From positions 1-52,322 of the forward strand of contig WAPT01000016.1 of assembly GCA_015520605.1 (NCBI GenBank): a stretch of DNA of 52,322 bases. The letters run 5' to 3'. Below are positions 8,562 through 19,107 of this stretch, in pieces; the first letter of the stretch is position 1; every line of letters begins with the position of its first letter. This DNA comes from Nanobdellati archaeon (lineage in GTDB: Archaea; EX4484-52; WAPT01). Under the pieces are notes generated by a model. It had not been told where the DNA came from and ran no database searches. It worked only from the letters and a program-made list of their open reading frames with translations. Made by a program: the position numbers and the translations under genes.

Positions 8562-9884
8562 ATGAAAGGGGATACTTGCAAAGTTTACATCGAAACTTAT
8601 GGATGTGCTGTAAACAGGAGTGACAGCGAGATAATGATGGGGCTGCTGAAGAAAGCCGGATACAGAATCGTCAAGGACTGGAGAGATGCCGATATAGTTA
8701 TTATAAACACATGTATTGTAAAGCACGCGACAGTTAACAGAATGCTTTATCGGATAAAGTTCTTTACCGAGAATTTCAATCCCCATCGTGTCATAGTCGC
8801 TGGCTGCATCTCCAAACCCTTCGGCAAAAAGGTGAAGGAAATAAACCCTCACGCCTCCCTGCTCGGCACTGATGTCATCAGCAGGGTGATTGATGCTGTC
8901 AAAGCTGTGCTATCCGGTAGGAGGGTTGAGCTAATTGAGGGCGAGGATGTAAAGACGGGAATGCCGAGAGAAAGGATCAACAAGAACATAGCAATAGTGC
9001 AGATAAGCTCTGGGTGCCTCGGTAACTGTGCTTTCTGCGCTACGAGATTTGCCAGAGGAAAGCTGAGAAGTTACCCGCCAGAAGATGTGGTGGAGGATGT
9101 AAGGGAAGCTGTAAACAGCGGTTGTAGAGAGATCTGGCTCACAAGTCAGGATAATGGATGCTACGGTCTGGATATTGGCACGAACCTTGCAGAACTTCTG
9201 GAAAAAATAACAAAAAAAGTAAAAGGCTACTACATGATACGAGTAGGAATGATGAATCCGCATTTTGCGAGACATATCCTCAATGATCTCCTCCGTGCCT
9301 ACCGTTCCAGAAAGATTTATAAGTTCATACATCTACCTGTGCAGTCCGGATCGAACAAGGTGCTCAGAATAATGAAGAGACAGCACACCGTTGAGGATTT
9401 TGTGGAGGTTGTTGAAGCTTTTAGGAAAGTTTTTCCTCGCGTTTCGGTCTGGACTGATGTAATTGTGGGCCATCCGGGAGAGGGGGAAGAAGACTTCATA
9501 CAAACTCTCGAACTGATGAAAAAGGTCAAGCCTGACTTCATAAATGTGTCAAGGTTTTCAAGTCACGGAATAACCGAAGCAAGTAAAATGCTCCAGCCGC
9601 CCAGTCAGATCAAGAAAGAAAGGAGCAGGAAGATGTCCAAACTCATGAAGCAACTCTCCTATATGAAAAACAGCGAATGGTTTGGATGGCGGGGTGTCGT
9701 GCTTGTAACGGATTACGACGAGAGCAAGAGGAACTGGATAGGGCACAATTATACTTATAAGCAGGTAATAATAAAGGATGAGAACAGAAGTCTTAAACTG
9801 GACGGAAAGTTCGTTAGAGTTAAGATTGTTGATTTCGGACACGCGCATCTGGAGGGAAAGGTACTGGAGGTGGATAGCAAATGA
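8562..9884 (+). CDS. mtaB: tRNA t6A37 methylthiotransferase (MiaB-like radical SAM, archaeal MtaB/CDKAL1 type)
   Basis: ETYGCAVN..DSE, INTCIVK, VAGC (UPF0004), CLGNCAFC radical-SAM motif, RVGMMNP, HLPVQSGS, C-terminal TRAM. Confidence 0.9.
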   Translation: MKGDTCKVYIETYGCAVNRSDSEIMMGLLKKAGYRIVKDWRDADIVIINTCIVKHATVNRMLYRIKFFTENFNPHRVIVAGCISKPFGKKVKEINPHASLLGTDVISRVIDAVKAVLSGRRVELIEGEDVKTGMPRERINKNIAIVQISSGCLGNCAFCATRFARGKLRSYPPEDVVEDVREAVNSGCREIWLTSQDNGCYGLDIGTNLAELLEKITKKVKGYYMIRVGMMNPHFARHILNDLLRAYRSRKIYKFIHLPVQSGSNKVLRIMKRQHTVEDFVEVVEAFRKVFPRVSVWTDVIVGHPGEGEEDFIQTLELMKKVKPDFINVSRFSSHGITEASKMLQPPSQIKKERSRKMSKLMKQLSYMKNSEWFGWRGVVLVTDYDESKRNWIGHNYTYKQVIIKDENRSLKLDGKFVRVKIVDFGHAHLEGKVLEVDSK

Positions 9885-10279
9885 GCACGAATTCATGTAT
9901 CTTCTGTAATATATTGAGGGAGAAAAGAGACAACATCGTTCTTTCCAACAAGCACTGTTTTGCTATGTTTGATGGATATCCAGTTTCTAAAGGACACATA
10001 CTAATAATACCAAAAAGGCATGTCTCTTCTTTTTTCCAGCTGGAGTTGGATGAGGTTGTGGACGCTTACTTACTTCTTCAAGAAGCCAAAAAACTTCTGG
10101 ATAAAAAGTTTAAGCCCGCTGGCTACAACATCGGAGTTAACATTGGAAGTGCTGCAGGTCAGACAGTTTGGCATGTACATATACATTTGATCCCTCGTTA
10201 CAAAGGGGATGTTGAGAACCCCACCGGCGGAATAAGGAACATCTTCCCTGATAAAGGCGATTACACTAAAATATTGTAA
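9881..10279 (+). CDS. HIT family hydrolase
   Basis: CIFC, YPVSKGHILIIPKRH, AAGQTVWHVHIHLIPR histidine triad. Confidence 0.93.
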   Translation: MSTNSCIFCNILREKRDNIVLSNKHCFAMFDGYPVSKGHILIIPKRHVSSFFQLELDEVVDAYLLLQEAKKLLDKKFKPAGYNIGVNIGSAAGQTVWHVHIHLIPRYKGDVENPTGGIRNIFPDKGDYTKIL

Positions 10280-10291
10280 GAGCGAGTCGGT

Positions 10292-11248
10292 TCATTCTCG
10301 CTCGAACTGAGGTAGATTAGATATCCACTCCTCAAGTCTCTCAAGCACATCCTTAACAGTCTGCTGTTGCAAATAGTTAGTAATACCCTCCTCCGCTAGC
10401 ATACTCTCAGAAAGGGGCAAAGCCACACCATCAACAGTCTTTGCGTCCTTCATGTGAAGGGAAAATGGGCACCTCGCAAGCTTTCCGCCTGGCGTCTGGC
10501 TCGGGTCTATCACTATTCTTCCTTCTCCTTTTTCGTGCCCTCCAATGATCGGCACGTCAGTCTCCTTTCTGACCCTTGCTATAAGCCTGTTCAGGATGTT
10601 AAACAGAGAAGGTGTGGTTCTTGAGTAGCTGAGGTATTTTTCATAAAAGGAGTGGTTAAGTCTCTTCTTCGGAAATATGTAAATGTGGAAGGATGAACCG
10701 GTCCACATAACAAACGTTGTAAAATCACCCACAAGGCCTCTGAAGTTTTCATCTTCCTTTATCGCAACCAGCAAAGCCTGAGTAACTCGCCTTGCCTGCT
10801 CTGTGGTGATTCCTTTACCTCTATCTATATCTATGAATATCCTCTCTATTGGTCTATCCTTCCCCTCTCCGTTTGTAGCATAAAAATAGTCGGCCAGCTT
10901 TCTTGGTGGAAAGTACTCCCATGCCTTGCGCTGCACATCATTAAGCCTGTGCTTTACCTCTCCGAGATGGTGTGCTCTAAGCCTGAAAAACCCCTCCCAG
11001 CTTTCAGCCAGAGAAGCGATCTCGCTAACAAAAAACTGCGGGAGCTTGCTCCCTCTCTTTATTATCATCGGGCCTCCAGGTATCCAGATCCTGGATGCGA
11101 GCTCCTTACCCTTCAGAAAACTGAACAGGTACGAGGATACCGCTGAATAGTATGGCAGCACATCGAGGAAATCAAAGGGTTTGAGCGGATCCTTACTACT
11201 TCTCAAAAAATTGAGAAGCTCAAAACTATTGGGGCTTTCACTTTCCAT
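10292..11248 (-). CDS. Archaeo-eukaryotic primase superfamily protein (LigD polymerase-domain-like)
   Basis: IFIDIDRG (DxD), WTGSSFHIY (SxH), IVIDPSQTPGGKLARCPFSL; TATA-like run upstream of ATG11248. Confidence 0.75.
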   Translation of the reverse strand: MESESPNSFELLNFLRSSKDPLKPFDFLDVLPYYSAVSSYLFSFLKGKELASRIWIPGGPMIIKRGSKLPQFFVSEIASLAESWEGFFRLRAHHLGEVKHRLNDVQRKAWEYFPPRKLADYFYATNGEGKDRPIERIFIDIDRGKGITTEQARRVTQALLVAIKEDENFRGLVGDFTTFVMWTGSSFHIYIFPKKRLNHSFYEKYLSYSRTTPSLFNILNRLIARVRKETDVPIIGGHEKGEGRIVIDPSQTPGGKLARCPFSLHMKDAKTVDGVALPLSESMLAEEGITNYLQQQTVKDVLERLEEWISNLPQFERE

Positions 11249-11529
11249 ACCATTCAAGCTGTGAACACACATATATATTTTAATTGTGCCAAGAGGAAAA
11301 GTAAGAATGATGGGGTAAGAAGCATACTTTAACTCTCTGCTGACATGCGGAGCGCTTCCCTTCTCGTTCCCTGCAGGAGTCAATTTCCAGATTTATTTTT
11401 CCCGCGAAGAGCACTGCAGAGCTCAGGCCTGTTGATGCTTTGAAGTATGAGCGATTTTCGAAAAGAGCAGGAATCAGCTCTTGAAGTTCTAACAATCCGC
11501 ATAAAAACTTTATCAGCCTAAATAGGAGT

Positions 11530-12477
11530 ATGGTATTATTCAAAAAGAAGAGGCGCAGTCTTCTGGAAATAAAGAAGCTTCGGTTTGGGTATAAGGAAAG
11601 ATCTGTGCTCAAAGGAGTTGACCTCTCCATAAAAGCCGGTAGGATCCTTGCTCTTGTTGGACCGAGTGGCTCTGGCAAAAGTACTCTGCTCAAGATCATG
11701 GCCGGAGAGCTCAGAAAATCCGAAGGGAGGATAATCAGAAAAAGAAAAGGTCTGATATCGCATGCAAAAATAGCATACGTTCCTCAAGAAATTGCTTTAC
11801 TACCAAACCTCACGCTGGAAGAAAACATAATCATTTTTGGAAACATTTTCGGTGTGAGCAGCAAGAAAGCGATAATGAAAGGTAGAAAGCTTGCTTCTTC
11901 ACTTGAAATGGAAGACAGACTGAACGGAAAGGTCAGCACGTTTTCCGGCGGGCAGAAGGTGAGAGCAAACATTATCTGCTCTCTTCTTCACGACCCAGAT
12001 ATCTTGCTGCTGGATGAGCCTTTCACCGGATTGGACTTCGGGAACAGAATGCTTCTCTGGAAGTTTTTAATGGGGTTAAAGCGGGCCAGAAAGGCTGTGT
12101 TGCTCACAACTCACAATCTGGAAGAAGCTGGAAAGTTCTGTGATGAAATTGCCATCCTTAAGGATGGGAAGATAATTGTGAGGGGTGATGAGGATAGAAT
12201 AAGGCGAGTTTTGAAAGCAAGGATATGGGTGGAAATGGAAATAAAGAATGTCTCTAACATGTCGAAACTGATACCCAAGATTAAGAAAATATGTGAGAAA
12301 AACGAAATATTTCTTGTGGAGTATCCAACGTTGAAGAGGCTTGCTTTCATGATGGAGAACGAAGAGAAGATAAGTTTGATTGAAGCTCTGCTAAGAAAAG
12401 ATGGTGTGAGGTTTAAGGTGGTCGAACTTAAGACACCAACGCTGGACGAAACGTTTCTTAAGGTGAGTGCTGCATGA
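11530..12477 (+). CDS. ABC transporter ATP-binding protein (ABC-2/multidrug type)
   Basis: GPSGSGKST, FSGGQ, LLLDEP, TTH. Confidence 0.95.
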   Translation: MVLFKKKRRSLLEIKKLRFGYKERSVLKGVDLSIKAGRILALVGPSGSGKSTLLKIMAGELRKSEGRIIRKRKGLISHAKIAYVPQEIALLPNLTLEENIIIFGNIFGVSSKKAIMKGRKLASSLEMEDRLNGKVSTFSGGQKVRANIICSLLHDPDILLLDEPFTGLDFGNRMLLWKFLMGLKRARKAVLLTTHNLEEAGKFCDEIAILKDGKIIVRGDEDRIRRVLKARIWVEMEIKNVSNMSKLIPKIKKICEKNEIFLVEYPTLKRLAFMMENEEKISLIEALLRKDGVRFKVVELKTPTLDETFLKVSAA

Positions 12478-13718
12478 TCATTCACAGAATTGCGGGACTT
12501 CTGAAAAAGGACTGGAAACTTTTGATGGCGAACAAAAGCTATTTCATACTTGCGATAATTTTACCAATGCTCGTCGGAGCAGTGTTTGTTCTGGCTCTAC
12601 ATTACTCCCCAAAAAATGTGAGAGTAGGAGTGTGCGGCAATGTGACCTTGCCCCTGAACGGGATGGGTGGTGATGTGATTCTCATCCCGCTAAATCCCGA
12701 AGGTTCGAACTGCACCGCCGTCATGCTGGAAAATGTCAGAAGCGGGAGGGTAAATGTTGGTATCGTGTTTCCGCAGGATTTTGAGGAGAAAATTAAGAGG
12801 TACAAGAGAGCCAAGATCGTGCTGGTTGTGGATAACACCAAGCCCGCCATGAGAAGTCTTGCAGAAAATCTTGCTGAAAAAATGGTGGAAGGATATGCAT
12901 ACCATCTGAGGTCTTCCCTGAAGGAGAATATGAAGCAGAAAATAAACCTGCTGAAAAGCGCGCTGATCATTCTGCAGTCCGTAACCACTTCCGCGCCATA
13001 CGGAAGCTTGCTTTCCCATACCATAGAGCTCGTGATGGAAAGGTTTGATGACCTGCAGAATCTGGACCTTGAGTTTTTTGTGAGACCGGCCAAGGTGGTT
13101 GTCCTTTACACTAATCCCGACCTTAACGAGCTGGGTTCTGTGTTCATCTACACATTCCCTGTGGTGGCGTTCTTTAGCATATCCATGCTTGCTGCGGTTG
13201 GTGTGATTTTCGAGAGAAAGAACGGTTTTTTCAGCAGGATGGCATCGGCATCCATACCTTACCCCCTCTATCTGCTCAGCAAGCTCGTGATTTTTGGCGT
13301 GCTGGCGCTTATCCAGTTCCTCACCCTCCTTTTTCTCTTCATCTCAGGAGGCGGGAGGTATCCGCTAAACCTGAGCTCCGTTCTCCCGACACTTGAAGCT
13401 CTCCTCATAATCTCCTCGCTTTATGCTTTGATTGGAGTTATTATTGGGAATCTCGCAAGGGAGAGTGGAGAAGCAATATTGATATGCCTTGTGCTCGCGC
13501 TCCCCATGACTTTCTTAACACAACTTTTCTATCCCGTCGACCTTCTGCCGGGAAAGATTGCAAACTTTATCAGCTTAATGCCGGTAAACTACGGTGGGAA
13601 GTTACTGAAAGCGGGAATGCTCAGCACAGAATCTGTGCTGACATGGTCGGGGCTCACCAATATCGCTGTGATGGCGCTCCTCGCACATATCTCTTATATG
13701 GTGAGTGGTAAAAAGTGA
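12474..13718 (+). CDS. ABC-2 type permease
   Basis: N-terminal TM helix, large extracytoplasmic loop, multiple C-terminal TMs, FERKNG and FYPVDLLP motifs; coupled to the ATPase. Confidence 0.9.
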   Translation: MIIHRIAGLLKKDWKLLMANKSYFILAIILPMLVGAVFVLALHYSPKNVRVGVCGNVTLPLNGMGGDVILIPLNPEGSNCTAVMLENVRSGRVNVGIVFPQDFEEKIKRYKRAKIVLVVDNTKPAMRSLAENLAEKMVEGYAYHLRSSLKENMKQKINLLKSALIILQSVTTSAPYGSLLSHTIELVMERFDDLQNLDLEFFVRPAKVVVLYTNPDLNELGSVFIYTFPVVAFFSISMLAAVGVIFERKNGFFSRMASASIPYPLYLLSKLVIFGVLALIQFLTLLFLFISGGGRYPLNLSSVLPTLEALLIISSLYALIGVIIGNLARESGEAILICLVLALPMTFLTQLFYPVDLLPGKIANFISLMPVNYGGKLLKAGMLSTESVLTWSGLTNIAVMALLAHISYMVSGKK

Positions 13719-13735
13719 GAACGTGAGGGTTTAAC

Positions 13736-14365
13736 ATGATAAGAACGGCTGTTCCACCAAAAAGAGATGTGACGCTGATCATAGAGCATCTGGAAGAAAA
13801 GTTAACGGAATGGCTTCTGCTCGAATACAGAAACGCGAGCAAGTGGTGGAACGGTAGAGTGATATATACCAATGTGAGGAGCGAGGAGGATGTCACCACC
13901 CTTAAACCTCTGGGTGAGGTCAGGAGGGAGAGATTCTTGGAGGTGGTGGGAAAGGACGATGCCACAATAATCCTCGACCCAATGGCGAAGGAGACATTAA
14001 GACCGGAGGACTTTAACGGTGTCAGATGGGTTGTTATCGGTGGGATATGTGGTGATGTCGAATTTGATGGGAGAACTTCGAGGCTGATAAGCTCAACCTC
14101 GATGGAAATGCTGAGAAATATAAGGCTCAGAAACCTCGGAAAAGTTCATTTCCCGATAGATCAAGCCGCAGTTGTTGCAAGGCTTATCATGGAGGGAAAG
14201 AGACTGGATGAAATAGATGTTAGAGTGGGTGTTGAAATTGTGCTTGAGGAGGGCACAAGCTTCAGGAGGGTTGTTGAGCTACCTTACGGTTACGTTGTTC
14301 TTGATGGCAAGATTCAGTTTGCCGATGGTTTTGTTGAGTTCCTTAAAAGAGGGTGGGATCTGTGA
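13736..14365 (+). CDS. SPOUT-class methyltransferase (DUF431/Sfm1-like)
   Basis: IIEHLEE...WLLLEY, ILDP.A..TL.PED, VIGGICGD...GRT, VELPYGY. Confidence 0.8.
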   Translation: MIRTAVPPKRDVTLIIEHLEEKLTEWLLLEYRNASKWWNGRVIYTNVRSEEDVTTLKPLGEVRRERFLEVVGKDDATIILDPMAKETLRPEDFNGVRWVVIGGICGDVEFDGRTSRLISSTSMEMLRNIRLRNLGKVHFPIDQAAVVARLIMEGKRLDEIDVRVGVEIVLEEGTSFRRVVELPYGYVVLDGKIQFADGFVEFLKRGWDL

Positions 14366-14916
14366 AGGATTTCAGGATTGCCATTACGGGAAGGCCGGGA
14401 GTTGGAAAAACAACCCTGGTTAAGCGGTGTGCTGAACTGCTGAGGGAAATGGGTGTGAGAGCTGCCGGCTTCTATACCGAAGAGGTCAGAAATAAGAATG
14501 GTGTGAGAGAGGGTTTCGTCGTTGTGGATGTAGTCTCTCGGTACACATTCGAGCTTGCTAGGAGCATGGAGAGCTTTCGTTACAGCCAGGCTCTTCCGCA
14601 TGTTGGAAGGTATGCGGTGTTTGTTCGAGAGTTTGAGAACTACATCGAAACTCTGGAACGAGAGATGCGGAATGCTGATGTAATGGTCATAGATGAAGTG
14701 GGGCCAATGGAGCTTCTCAGCCGCCGGTTCATTCAGGTTATGGAAAGAATTATTGCGAAGCCACGCTGGATTGTGACTCACCATATTAGGGTGAAGCACC
14801 CCGTCATAAAAAAGCTTGAAGCTCATTCAACCCTTAAGGTTAAGCTAACCACAACAAACAGAGACGCTGAAAGGGAACGTGTGCTCAAACTGCTCCGAGA
14901 AGCTTTAAAAGAATAG
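14362..14916 (+). CDS. Nucleoside-triphosphatase (THEP1/NTPase_1 family)
   Basis: ITGRPGVGKTT, GFYTEEVR, VIDEVGPME. Confidence 0.9.
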   Translation: MKDFRIAITGRPGVGKTTLVKRCAELLREMGVRAAGFYTEEVRNKNGVREGFVVVDVVSRYTFELARSMESFRYSQALPHVGRYAVFVREFENYIETLEREMRNADVMVIDEVGPMELLSRRFIQVMERIIAKPRWIVTHHIRVKHPVIKKLEAHSTLKVKLTTTNRDAERERVLKLLREALKE

Positions 14917-16228
14917 CTCCTATTCCGAGAAAGCTCAGGAATCCGAAAACGTCCGTAAAGGTTGTGAGTATAACCGTGGATGAGGATGCGGGGTCACTTC
15001 CCATTCTCTTCAGGAGGAGAGGTATCGTAGCTCCAGCAAACGCAGCGACCATCATGTTTATGAACATCGCCAGAACAAGCGCAATAGCTATGACCATGCT
15101 TCCTTTCCAGAGGACTGCAAACATGGCAGCTATGATTCCCACAATTAAACCGTTTATGGCAGCAACAATCACCTCCTTTTTTATTACCCTGAAAAAGTCA
15201 GATGGTGTGATCTCCCCCAAGGCGAGCGACCTCACCACTATGGCCATGGTTTGTGTGGTCGCATTACCACCTTCTCCAGCAACGATAGGCATGAAGATGG
15301 CAAGAAGCACAAAGGTCTTGAGCACATCCTCGAAGAGGTTTACAACACTCGCGGCAAGAAACGCTGTGAAAAGATTTATCATTAGCCAAGGTGTCCTGTT
15401 TCTAAGGGCTTTTATAATGGGATCGAACACCCTCTCTTCCCTTTCAAGAGAGAACATCTTGAAGAGGTCCTCAGCGTGCTCTTCCTCCATTATCTTGAGC
15501 GCTTCATCGATTGTTATAACACCAACAAGCTTGTTGTTCTCAATTACTGGGATTGACATGCATCTGTGTTTTCTAAAGAGATTTACCACCTCCTCCCTGT
15601 CTGTTGTCACACTCACCACAGGCTTTGCGTGAGTCATCACGTCCCTAATCCTCGCTGAGGGTTCGGCCGTGACGAGTTTTTCCAACTCAGCTCTTCCAAG
15701 CAGCCTTCCAGCTTCATCAATCACGAATACTTCCTTCGTGTAGGTTGCTGGAGACGCCTTCTTTATCCTGTCCAGCACGTTTTGAACACTCTCTTCCGGA
15801 CATGCTACAACTATCTCCTTCTGCATTATACCTCCAGCGACCTCCTTCGAATAGCGCAACTGCTTCACTATATGCCTCTTCTTTCTTTCGGGGAGGTAAG
15901 AGAGCACAGTATCTATGCGCCTCTCGGATTTCAGGGAGCGCAGAATTCTGCATGCATCATCTGAAGCGAGGTGCCTTACGATATCAGCAATATCTTTATC
16001 GGAGAGTGTTAAGAGCAGTTCCCTCCTCTCCTCCTCGCTGAGAAGCAGCAGCACATCCGCGCGGCTTTTGCTGTCAAGCAACTGAAAAATTTTAGCTTTT
16101 CTTTCCGGACCAACTCTTCTGAGTATGTGCACTATCTCGGACGGGCTCATCTTTGAAAGCAGGACTTCCGCTTCTTTTCTGAGACCTTTCTCCAACAGGT
16201 AAATTATTCTGGGTAGTATGGCACTCAT
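14885..16228 (-). CDS. mgtE: Magnesium transporter MgtE
   Basis: N-domain, CBS pair, RTPWLMINL, FMPIVAGEGGNATTQ, DPASSS..LTTFTDVFG. Confidence 0.93.
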   Translation of the reverse strand: MSAILPRIIYLLEKGLRKEAEVLLSKMSPSEIVHILRRVGPERKAKIFQLLDSKSRADVLLLLSEEERRELLLTLSDKDIADIVRHLASDDACRILRSLKSERRIDTVLSYLPERKKRHIVKQLRYSKEVAGGIMQKEIVVACPEESVQNVLDRIKKASPATYTKEVFVIDEAGRLLGRAELEKLVTAEPSARIRDVMTHAKPVVSVTTDREEVVNLFRKHRCMSIPVIENNKLVGVITIDEALKIMEEEHAEDLFKMFSLEREERVFDPIIKALRNRTPWLMINLFTAFLAASVVNLFEDVLKTFVLLAIFMPIVAGEGGNATTQTMAIVVRSLALGEITPSDFFRVIKKEVIVAAINGLIVGIIAAMFAVLWKGSMVIAIALVLAMFINMMVAAFAGATIPLLLKRMGSDPASSSTVILTTFTDVFGFLSFLGIGAILLKLLGAV

Positions 16229-16469
16229 CAAAAGTATTCTCTTCAAGCTTCCATATAATATTTTGGGTAGAAATGTTGGAAAAGGACGTTTTTCGATCGG
16301 AACATAAGGAACCATAAGGAATGTCTTCGGACAGCTTAGATCAACACGCGTAAATTCCTGAATTGAATCGACATTCTACAAAAAATTCGACAAAAAACGA
16401 TAGAAAATTTTTTAAATTTTTATACAGGATGTTTTAAAAAATATCGAAAGTTTTAAAAAGTTTTCCCGG

Positions 16470-17474
16470 GTGGTGCTCGTGGTCGAAAAGCTCAGATGCC
16501 CCGAATGTGGCGGGGAGGAATTCATAGAGGATGAGAGCAGAGGAGAGCTCGTCTGTAAGAAGTGTGGATACGTTCTGGAAGAGGAGTATATAGACACAAG
16601 TCCTGAGTGGAGGGCTTTTGATTCCGAGCAGCAGGCAACAAGAACAAGAACGGGAGCTCCAATAACCTTTACAAAGCATGATAAGGGAATAAGCACCGAA
16701 ATAGGGATAAGCTCTGCTGAACTTTACAAAGTACCCGCAAGAAAGAGAGCCCAATATTATAGAATGATAAAATGGAATAAGAGACTTACCAAATCCAAGG
16801 ATAGAAACCTTTCCTACTCGCTCTCTGAGCTGGCAAGACAGATAAGCTACCTCGGCCTGCCAAAGTCTGTGCACGAAGAGGTAGCAAGGCTTTACGAGAA
16901 AGCTGTAGATATGGGACTCGTGAGAGGCAGGAGCATGGAGAGCATAATCACAGCTCTCATATATGCTGTTGCGAGGGAAAAAGGCACTCCAAGAACCCTC
17001 TCTGAGCTGAGTGCAGCTTCCGGAATCGAGAAAAGGGAGATAGGGAGAGCCTACAGGTACATAGCGAGGGCCCTCGGAATAAAGATCCTGCCTGCGAAAC
17101 CCGAAGACTACATACCCCGATTCGCATCACTTCTTGGTCTCAGCGGTAGGGTACAGGCGAGAGCGAGAGAGATCCTGAAAAAGGCTCTTGACGAGGATAT
17201 AGTATCCGGTAAGGGTCCAACCGGCATTGCGGCTGCGGCTCTTTACATAGCCGCAGTACTCGAAGGAGAAAAGAGAACCCAGAGGGATATTGCTGACATA
17301 GTCGGCGTTACGGAAGTTACGATCAGAAACAGGTACAAAGACCTTGTGGAGAAGCTGGGTATAGAAGAGGAAGTTGAGAAGAAAGCACAGGAAGCCGCGA
17401 AGTCCGAGGAGGAAAAGGAGACAAAGAAAGCACAGGAAAAGGAGGGAGAGAAAAAAAAGATCGTGCTGGAGTGA
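16470..17474 (+). CDS. tfb: Transcription initiation factor IIB
   Basis: CPECG Zn ribbon, PEWRAF B-reader, two cyclin repeats (RGRSME; GKGPTG..AA; VTEVTIRNRY). Confidence 0.97.
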   Translation: MVLVVEKLRCPECGGEEFIEDESRGELVCKKCGYVLEEEYIDTSPEWRAFDSEQQATRTRTGAPITFTKHDKGISTEIGISSAELYKVPARKRAQYYRMIKWNKRLTKSKDRNLSYSLSELARQISYLGLPKSVHEEVARLYEKAVDMGLVRGRSMESIITALIYAVAREKGTPRTLSELSAASGIEKREIGRAYRYIARALGIKILPAKPEDYIPRFASLLGLSGRVQARAREILKKALDEDIVSGKGPTGIAAAALYIAAVLEGEKRTQRDIADIVGVTEVTIRNRYKDLVEKLGIEEEVEKKAQEAAKSEEEKETKKAQEKEGEKKKIVLE

Positions 17475-17479
17475 AGAAA

Positions 17480-18670
17480 CTAGCCCTTTTTCTTTACATT
17501 TTCATTTTTCCTGCTCACCTCTACTATCTCATCAATCCTTGCAGTGGTTCTTATCGCTGTGGGCTTCAAATGGGTTCTTGACGCATCATGACCGTGGTCT
17601 TTAAGTGCCTCAATTAACCACTCTACCCGAGGAGGAAATTTCAACTTCCACTTCTTGCACACAAAATGGATATCGTAAATGAGGCCCTTCTTAACCCTTG
17701 CTTCCTCCTGCAGGAGATTGATGACCTTTACGCTTTTATCACTCAACCATCCAACCTCTTTCTCAATCTTTCTAGCCATACTTTTACAAAACCCCTCATT
17801 CAAGAGTTCTCCTGTCCAGAGAGGGCCGACATTCTTAACTTTTTCACTTCCGCAGACCTCGCACCTCGAGGTCTTTTCCTCAGCGAGCTCCCTATGGCCG
17901 CAATTCTCGCAGACGGAAAGATATCCAAGACGGTTCAGGAGAATCCTATCAACCTCTCTCAGGTTTCTTTTCACGACACCCTGCACCCTTAAGAAATGTT
18001 CCTTACCGAAACAGACAACAGGCAGGAAAGCTTTCTCGTGTTTAGCGAATATTCTGATTATGTAGGCCGCGAGTATTCTAAGGCCTGCTTCGTACATACC
18101 ATCGTATCTGTAAGATGTTGCAAGGTATTTCCTGTAGCATACAATGGGATAGGTACCGCATAGCGGTGCTGTGTCCGTTGCGGTGACGCCCAGCATGGAG
18201 AGCTTTGCCATCGCTTCTGCTGCGCAGTCTATATACTTAGAGGGAGAACCGAAAGGGTCTATGTCCACAACATCACACTTGTTTCTCAGCCGGATCATGG
18301 CCACTCTCGCGTCTTCCATCATCAGCTCAACTCTGCTTTCGGCTATACCATTCAGCCCGAGATTGTGCCTTACACAATCCAAGGCTTTGGGATTCAGATC
18401 GTTGAACACAACTCTGCCGACATGAGATCCGCACTCAAGAAGATAGCGCAGTCCTCTTATCCCGGAAGCTGCAAAGGCATCGAGCACAAACCCCCCCTTT
18501 ATGTTGTAATTCTCCAGAAAGACAAGCGCGGATAACACACTTAGATCCCTACAGACCCGCATGCGAGGATTGTAAAACACATCATCGCTCTTGCACACCC
18601 TCCCGGCCGGAACCTCGATCTTTGCAAGTCCCTCCACTACTGAAACTCCATCCCCGGGTGATTCCGACAT
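17480..18670 (-). CDS. trm1: tRNA (guanine26-N2)-dimethyltransferase
   Basis: VFYNPRM..CRD, DAFAASGIRGLRY, DIDPFGSP, TATDTAPLCG, GPLWTG, ASRTH. Confidence 0.95.
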   Translation of the reverse strand: MSESPGDGVSVVEGLAKIEVPAGRVCKSDDVFYNPRMRVCRDLSVLSALVFLENYNIKGGFVLDAFAASGIRGLRYLLECGSHVGRVVFNDLNPKALDCVRHNLGLNGIAESRVELMMEDARVAMIRLRNKCDVVDIDPFGSPSKYIDCAAEAMAKLSMLGVTATDTAPLCGTYPIVCYRKYLATSYRYDGMYEAGLRILAAYIIRIFAKHEKAFLPVVCFGKEHFLRVQGVVKRNLREVDRILLNRLGYLSVCENCGHRELAEEKTSRCEVCGSEKVKNVGPLWTGELLNEGFCKSMARKIEKEVGWLSDKSVKVINLLQEEARVKKGLIYDIHFVCKKWKLKFPPRVEWLIEALKDHGHDASRTHLKPTAIRTTARIDEIVEVSRKNENVKKKG

Positions 18671-18714
18671 AGATCGAAGTATCATTCAAAAATTTTTTAA
18701 TTTACCATATCGAA

Positions 18715-19107
18715 ATGAACCGTATCATGAAAAAAGAATATGTGGAGAGGATTTTGTTTATTCTGAATAAGCTCAGAAATGATGAAAGACTGATAGTAGT
18801 TGAGGGATCAACTGATAGAGCGAGTCTGGAAAGACTTGGTATCAGTTCAGACAGAATAGTTGAGGTTAGCAAGAAAGCTGTATTTGAGCTGGAGGAAATA
18901 TTTGAGAAGAGAAAAGCCTCGAGCGTGATAAGCTTCCTTGATGGTGATAGAGCCGGCAGGGCTCTGCTCAAAAAGATGAAAAGTCTGTTCCAGCACATTG
19001 AGTTTGACGAGAGCTACTCATCCTACCTTTATGCAACACTTCGAGTCAGTTTCGCCGCCGACTTGGCAGGGATAATTGAAAGAATGATCACCTCTCACCA
19101 CTATTGA
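18715..19107 (+). CDS. Small TOPRIM domain protein (UPF0292-like)
   Basis: IVVEGSTD..SL and FLDGDRAG TOPRIM motifs. Confidence 0.85.
   Translation: MNRIMKKEYVERILFILNKLRNDERLIVVEGSTDRASLERLGISSDRIVEVSKKAVFELEEIFEKRKASSVISFLDGDRAGRALLKKMKSLFQHIEFDESYSSYLYATLRVSFAADLAGIIERMITSHHY

Noticed and set aside
16380-16460. GTTTTAAAAA direct repeat upstream of tfb
   Set aside because: Explained by TATA/BRE-like promoter sequence in a divergent intergenic region.
17379-17438. 15-nt direct repeat AAGAAAGCACAGGAA in the tfb 3' end
   Set aside because: Small duplication in a low-complexity charged tail (KKAQE twice).
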